Shown here piece after piece: positions 59,992 through 64,000 of a stretch of DNA of 64,000 nucleotides. The number at the start of each line of letters is the position of its first letter. Position 1 is the stretch's first letter. The notes beneath the pieces were generated by a model. The model saw only the letters and a program-made list of their open reading frames with translations, was not told where the DNA came from and ran no database searches. This DNA comes from an uncultured bacterium (GTDB lineage Bacteria; Chloroflexota; UBA5177; JANWHV01): assembly GCA_963729625.1 (NCBI GenBank), contig CAVSOU010000008.1:544001-608000 (forward strand), read 5' to 3'. The translations under genes and the position numbers were made by a program.

Positions 59992-60330
59992 GATTGTGAG
60001 GGCTCCCCGAGGAACAGTTATGGTGCAACGCGGACTCGACCGCCCGCACAACACATTGTACGAGCTAACACGGAACCCGTGGGTGGGCTTCTCCCCCTAC
60101 GTGGCAGTCTCCTCGGCGCGATCCTCGAGATTGCAGTTCTGTCACCGGGTGTCGACGGTTCGTGCATGATCACCTCCGAGCGCATTGCTACGCCAGGTCC
60201 ATGAGCGTAACGTGCGGTTGATTGCGAATATCGTGTGCTATGCTGGCATGAGAGCCGGACCGGAGGGGTCGCGCAACGCCGGCAAGCCCGCCGCGAACGC
60301 GGCGCTGCATCGAACGCGGGGAGTCGATCG

Positions 60331-61035
60331 ATGGGAAGTATGTTGGCACGGATGAACCAGCCCGATATGCGCTGGCCGCCCGATGACACCGAGGAGAGCG
60401 TCGTGGGTACGGATTGGCATCAGACGACGATTATGAACCTTCGCTGGGGGATCAACGAGATAGCGCGCGCGGACGCGGTCTCAGGTGAGCCTCTGCCGTG
60501 GCAGGCATCGGGGCAGATACTGATCACGGGATTCATCCGGCATGATAGCAGCCGGTACTCGGTGTTGCCTGATGTCTTCGTGTACCGCAAGCCGTTCGAG
60601 CGGGAACGCCAGTCTCTTTCGCTGCGGCGAAATGGGGTGCCGGCATTGATCGTCGAAGTGGCCAGCGAGTCGACCTGTGATGCCGATCTCGATCTGGCAA
60701 CGGGCAAGGGGTGGGCCTACGCGCACGCCGGCGTGCAGGAGTACCTGGTGGTCGATCCGTCCGGCCTCTACATGGAGGAACCGCTGTGCGCCTGGTATCT
60801 GGTCGAAGGCCAGTACCAAGAAGCGACGCTGGACTCCGACGGCATCTGGTGGAGCCGGGAGCTGCGCCTGGGTATCGGGTTTCCCGATGGGCAGGCCGCG
60901 GTCTACGATCGGGCTCGCCAGCGCCAGCTGCGAGAAGGCGAGATCTCCACATATATAGCACAGCAGCAGGCGGAGATCGTTCAGCAGCAGGCGGAGATCG
61001 CGGACCTGCGGCGTCGCCTCGACGAGCTCAAGTGA
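60331..61035 (+). CDS. Uma2-family PD-(D/E)xK-fold putative endonuclease
   Basis: PDVFV, P.LIVEVASEST, YAHAGVQEYLVVDP, coiled-coil tail. Confidence 0.8.
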   Translation: MGSMLARMNQPDMRWPPDDTEESVVGTDWHQTTIMNLRWGINEIARADAVSGEPLPWQASGQILITGFIRHDSSRYSVLPDVFVYRKPFERERQSLSLRRNGVPALIVEVASESTCDADLDLATGKGWAYAHAGVQEYLVVDPSGLYMEEPLCAWYLVEGQYQEATLDSDGIWWSRELRLGIGFPDGQAAVYDRARQRQLREGEISTYIAQQQAEIVQQQAEIADLRRRLDELK

Positions 61036-61117
61036 CGATTTCCGACAATCAGACAAGAGTGGTGTCGCCGCCGCCGCCGCCTACGAGCGGCATATACAGG
61101 CGCTGCTCCAAGATCGT

Positions 61118-61216
61118 GCCAGGATCGCCGAAGCAACAAAGGAGGTAGTTCCTCTCAGCATTGCGGACGGGCAGCAAGCCGTCAGGCTGGTGCGCGAGCG
61201 TGCACCAGAGTGGAGC
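61118..61216 (+). pseudogene. alpha/beta hydrolase (esterase) internal fragment
   Basis: VVPLSIADGQQAVRLVRERAPEW resembles the D...A.R.VR..A.EW motif preceding the nucleophile strand. Confidence 0.5.
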
Positions 61217-61328
61217 GGCCAGCCCTTGGCGTACGTGGAGGCTCTGTCATTGGAGCCGGGGGCCGCGTTTTGCTCCGGGCGCCGTCTGGCACGTATGATT
61301 TCGAGATTGCCAGGCTAGAGGGAACCAC

Positions 61329-62018
61329 ATGACGCTACAGCAACCTTCGCGCGCCGCGGAAGTGCGGGGCGGCACGACGGTAGAAAGTCTGCGTATCGAT
61401 CACCTGCGTGAGATCCTGGGGATAGGCGCCCGTCGGCCCCGCCTGTCCTGGACGGTAGCGACAACTGCCGCTGGATGGCATGCTCTCGGCGCGGTGGCAG
61501 ACTGGCTACATCGCACGGTAGCCGGCCTGGCGCCGCCGGCGCCAGGGTATCGGCGCCTGGACATCCATCCCATTCCTGGCACCGGCCTCACCGCCGCGCG
61601 AGCCCGGCACCTCACGCCATACGGCATCGCCGAGTCGTCCTGGACCTGGGATGCCGGACAGCTCACCGTAGCAGTGGTCATTCCGCCAAACACGACCGCG
61701 CAGGTCACCTTACCCGGTTCCAGCAGCGGTCCGGTCGAGGTCGGGTCCGGGCGCCACTCCTGGACGCTGGCATACAACCTGCCCATGGCATTGCCTCGCG
61801 ACCCAGCGACGAGATTGGACGAGGTGCTCAGCGGGCAGGACATGCTCCACGTCCTGCGGACGCTCCTGCAGGATTGTGCACCGACCACTGCGGCACGAAT
61901 TACGACGACCGCGATGATGCACTCGAGCCGAGACAGGACGCTTCGCGAAATTGTTGCCTCCCTACCGGGCGGACCGGCAGTGCTCGAGCGCATTGGGACC
62001 GGCGCGCGGTGCGCGTGA
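61329..62018 (+). pseudogene. GH78 alpha-L-rhamnosidase with in-frame loss of the catalytic core
   Basis: N-terminal LGIG..RPRLSW joined directly to C-terminal ALGAVADWLHRTVAGL...PGY...TPYG...VVIPPNTTA.V.LP. Confidence 0.8.
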
Positions 62019-62109
62019 CCCCGCGCCTCAGCGCAGGAGACCATGCACTGCCGACGTTGTCTGCCGGCACTAGAATCATGTATGGGGAAGAGCATATACG
62101 ACCAAAGCA

Positions 62110-62193
62110 GTGGAAACGTTGCTGGAGATCTACGCTCTGCCGTTTACCAGCGCCATGAGCGACGGCCATGCCGGAGCCGTCATGGCGGCATAC
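62110..62193 (+). pseudogene. GH3 beta-glucosidase internal fragment
   Basis: TLLEIYALPFTSAMSDGHAGAVMAAY resembles the GH3 L.EIY..PF..A.....A..VM.AY motif. Confidence 0.55.
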
Positions 62194-62202
62194 CGCACCT
62201 TC

Positions 62203-62259
62203 ATCATCCAACTGTCATATCAGGATCATATGGCCATCATGGTGGTGGCCTATGCTGGA
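62203..62259 (+). promoter_or_regulatory. four RTCAT direct repeats (11-bp period) plus -10 box
   Basis: ATCAT/GTCAT at 62203, 62214, 62225, 62236; TATGCTGGA at 62251. Confidence 0.75.
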
Positions 62260-62335
62260 CCTGTGCCGATGCAGGTAAGAAACGCCCGGTCAGGCGCCCT
62301 GCATCGGCCCAGCACTGATGTATCAGGGGAGATTG

Positions 62336-62731
62336 ATGATTACGGCAACGGAACGGCCCGCGCAGCCGGGCGCCGCCGGCGATATGGTGGCCCGGCCACG
62401 CGGCGACGTCGGCAAATCGACGCAACCTCGCGCGAGCGGTGGCGCTGCCGAGCAGCAGTTGCGCAGGAGCCAGGCGCTGCAGCGGCTGCCCGGCCTCAAG
62501 CAGAACATCGCCATGCTCAGCGTGGCGGCCTTCAGTGTCTTCAGCCTGCTGGTCGGCAGCCATCAAATCGGGAACGGCAGCGCGAGCGCGGCGACATCCG
62601 CGAGCCAGAATGGGAACGGCGCACAAGCGCAATCAAGCCAGGGAACCTCGGGGTACCTCAGTCAGAATCAAGGAGGCTATAGCTTTGGCTCAGGCGGTTC
62701 ATCGCCCGTTGCCGGATCCGGAACCTCCTGA
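62336..62731 (+). CDS. small single-pass membrane protein with Ser/Gly/Gln-rich tail ending SGTS
   Basis: Hydrophobic IAMLSVAAFSVFSLLVG, low-complexity tail, GGGGAG RBS, first gene before apbE. Confidence 0.7.
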   Translation: MITATERPAQPGAAGDMVARPRGDVGKSTQPRASGGAAEQQLRRSQALQRLPGLKQNIAMLSVAAFSVFSLLVGSHQIGNGSASAATSASQNGNGAQAQSSQGTSGYLSQNQGGYSFGSGGSSPVAGSGTS

Positions 62732-62750
62732 TCTGGATACACCTGCCGGC

Positions 62751-63734
62751 GTGGCGCGCGAGCGCTTCCACGCCATGGGCACGACGGTGTCGCTCCTGCT
62801 GCCGGAGGCGCGGGCAGGCGACGGCAGGCGGGCCGTCCAGGCGCTCTTCGAGGAGTGGGAGGAGACGCTCAGCCGCTTTCGACCCGACAGCGAGCTGTCG
62901 CGCCTCAATCGGAGCGCCGGCACGACGGTCGCGGTGAGCCCGCTGCTGTACCACGTGCTGCAGACGGCCCTGTCGGCAGCCGAAGCGACAGGAGGCGCCT
63001 ACGATCCGACACTGCAGCGCCAGATCGCGGAACTTGGCTACGACCGCACGTTCGACGATCTCATCACAACGCTGGAAGATGGCGGCAGCCTGCCTGAGCG
63101 CGTGACCGCGGAGGCAGCCCGGCCTCGGCCAGGCGGCGGCTGGCGCCGGATCAGGCTCGACCGGGAACGCGGCCGGGTCACGCTGCCCGAGGACGTCGGC
63201 GTGGATTTCGGAGGCATCGCCAAAGGGCTGGCGGTAGATGAGTCGCTCGTGCGGCTGAAGCTGATCGGCATCGAGGCGGCGATGGTCAACGCGGGTGGCG
63301 ACCTCGCCGTGCGCGGGCTGCCTCCACAGGCTGATTGCTGGCCCGTCGTGGTACAGGGTATCGGCCGTGCCTGGACCATCCCGCTGCGCAACGGCGCCAT
63401 TGCCACGTCGGGCGTCGCGCGCCGGCACTGGCGACGGGGAGGCAGCGAGCGCCATCACTTGCTCGATCCGGAAACCGGAATGCCGGCGGCGAGTGCGATG
63501 TGGGCCGTGACGGCAGTAGCCGGCGTCTGCGGTCAGGCCGAAGTGGCGGCGAAGACGGCATTCATCCGCGGCCCTGTCGGCGGTCGCGCGTTCCTCGAAT
63601 CGCACGGCTTGGCCGGGCTGCTGGTGCGGAGTGACGGCAGCTGGATCGTGGTCGGCAATTTGCTGCTTACCGATCTGGAGGAAGTTGGCTTACCGGGGCC
63701 AGGGTGGGGAGAATGGCGGATTGGAATCAGGTGA
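62751..63734 (+). CDS. apbE: FAD:protein FMN transferase; start uncertain (62733-62775)
   Basis: AMGT, SRFRPDSELSRLN, DFGGIAKG, NAGGD, ATSG, HHLLDP.TG. Confidence 0.9.
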   Translation: MARERFHAMGTTVSLLLPEARAGDGRRAVQALFEEWEETLSRFRPDSELSRLNRSAGTTVAVSPLLYHVLQTALSAAEATGGAYDPTLQRQIAELGYDRTFDDLITTLEDGGSLPERVTAEAARPRPGGGWRRIRLDRERGRVTLPEDVGVDFGGIAKGLAVDESLVRLKLIGIEAAMVNAGGDLAVRGLPPQADCWPVVVQGIGRAWTIPLRNGAIATSGVARRHWRRGGSERHHLLDPETGMPAASAMWAVTAVAGVCGQAEVAAKTAFIRGPVGGRAFLESHGLAGLLVRSDGSWIVVGNLLLTDLEEVGLPGPGWGEWRIGIR

Positions 63735-64000
63735 CGTGGACAGTGGCCCGCGCCGGCGGTATGACGGCGTATGCGCTGGTCACCGCCTCGGTGGTGCTCG
63801 GCCTCGCGCTTTCAATGCGCTGGCAGCGGCCAAACTGGCCGCGCCTGATTACCAAAGAGCTGCACTCGTTCGTCACGCTGCTCAGCCTGGTGTTCGTGAT
63901 CGTGCATGTCGGCGCCGTGTGGATCGACCCGTACCTGAATTTCAGCTGGAACGAGGTGTTCGTGCCCTTTGCCAGTCACTATCGCCCCCTGTGGACGGCC
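63713..64000 (+). CDS. ferric reductase-like (MsrQ-like) transmembrane haem protein, partial (not in the ORF track)
   Basis: MADWNQVTWTVARAGGMTAYAL...ELHSFVTLLSLVFVIVHV...DPY...VPFASHYRPLWTA, with two His haem-ligand candidates. Confidence 0.8.
   Translation, partial: MADWNQVTWTVARAGGMTAYALVTASVVLGLALSMRWQRPNWPRLITKELHSFVTLLSLVFVIVHVGAVWIDPYLNFSWNEVFVPFASHYRPLWTA

Noticed and set aside
57571-61035. Prophage interpretation of polymerase plus nuclease
   Set aside because: No integrase, primase/helicase, structural genes or att-like repeats nearby

Overview
GC-rich bacterial chromosomal window; the gene content (STAND regulators, Uma2, TrpB2, Thr/Pro-rich surface proteins) suggests a soil-type Chloroflexota, which is inference only. 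No rRNA, tRNA, CRISPR array or intact transposase was seen. All family calls come from motif recognition by eye; no database search was run. Left part: carbohydrate and housekeeping genes (glpD-like, GH36, fbaB, bacterioferritin, TrpB2) and an OmpR two-component system divergent from htrA. Middle: a ~2850-aa secreted teneurin-like RHS/YD protein, a Zn-ribbon-BTAD-STAND regulator, a small divergent ORF, a tandem RHH protein, an apparently inactive glutamate dehydrogenase homologue, a mazEF-type TA pair, two large secreted proteins and a second STAND regulator. Right part: efflux clusters, an unusual family A DNA polymerase with N-terminal zinc ribbons, and an ApbE/ferric-reductase flavinylation operon. 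Best leads: (1) a ~90-bp promoter architecture shared by the RHS gene and the small ORF on either side of the STAND regulator; (2) 11-bp-periodic RTCAT arrays with the same -10 spacing upstream of htrA and of the flavinylation operon 48 kb away; (3) the pseudo-GDH module; (4) the Zn-ribbon PolA. Many deletion-scarred gene remnants are also present.
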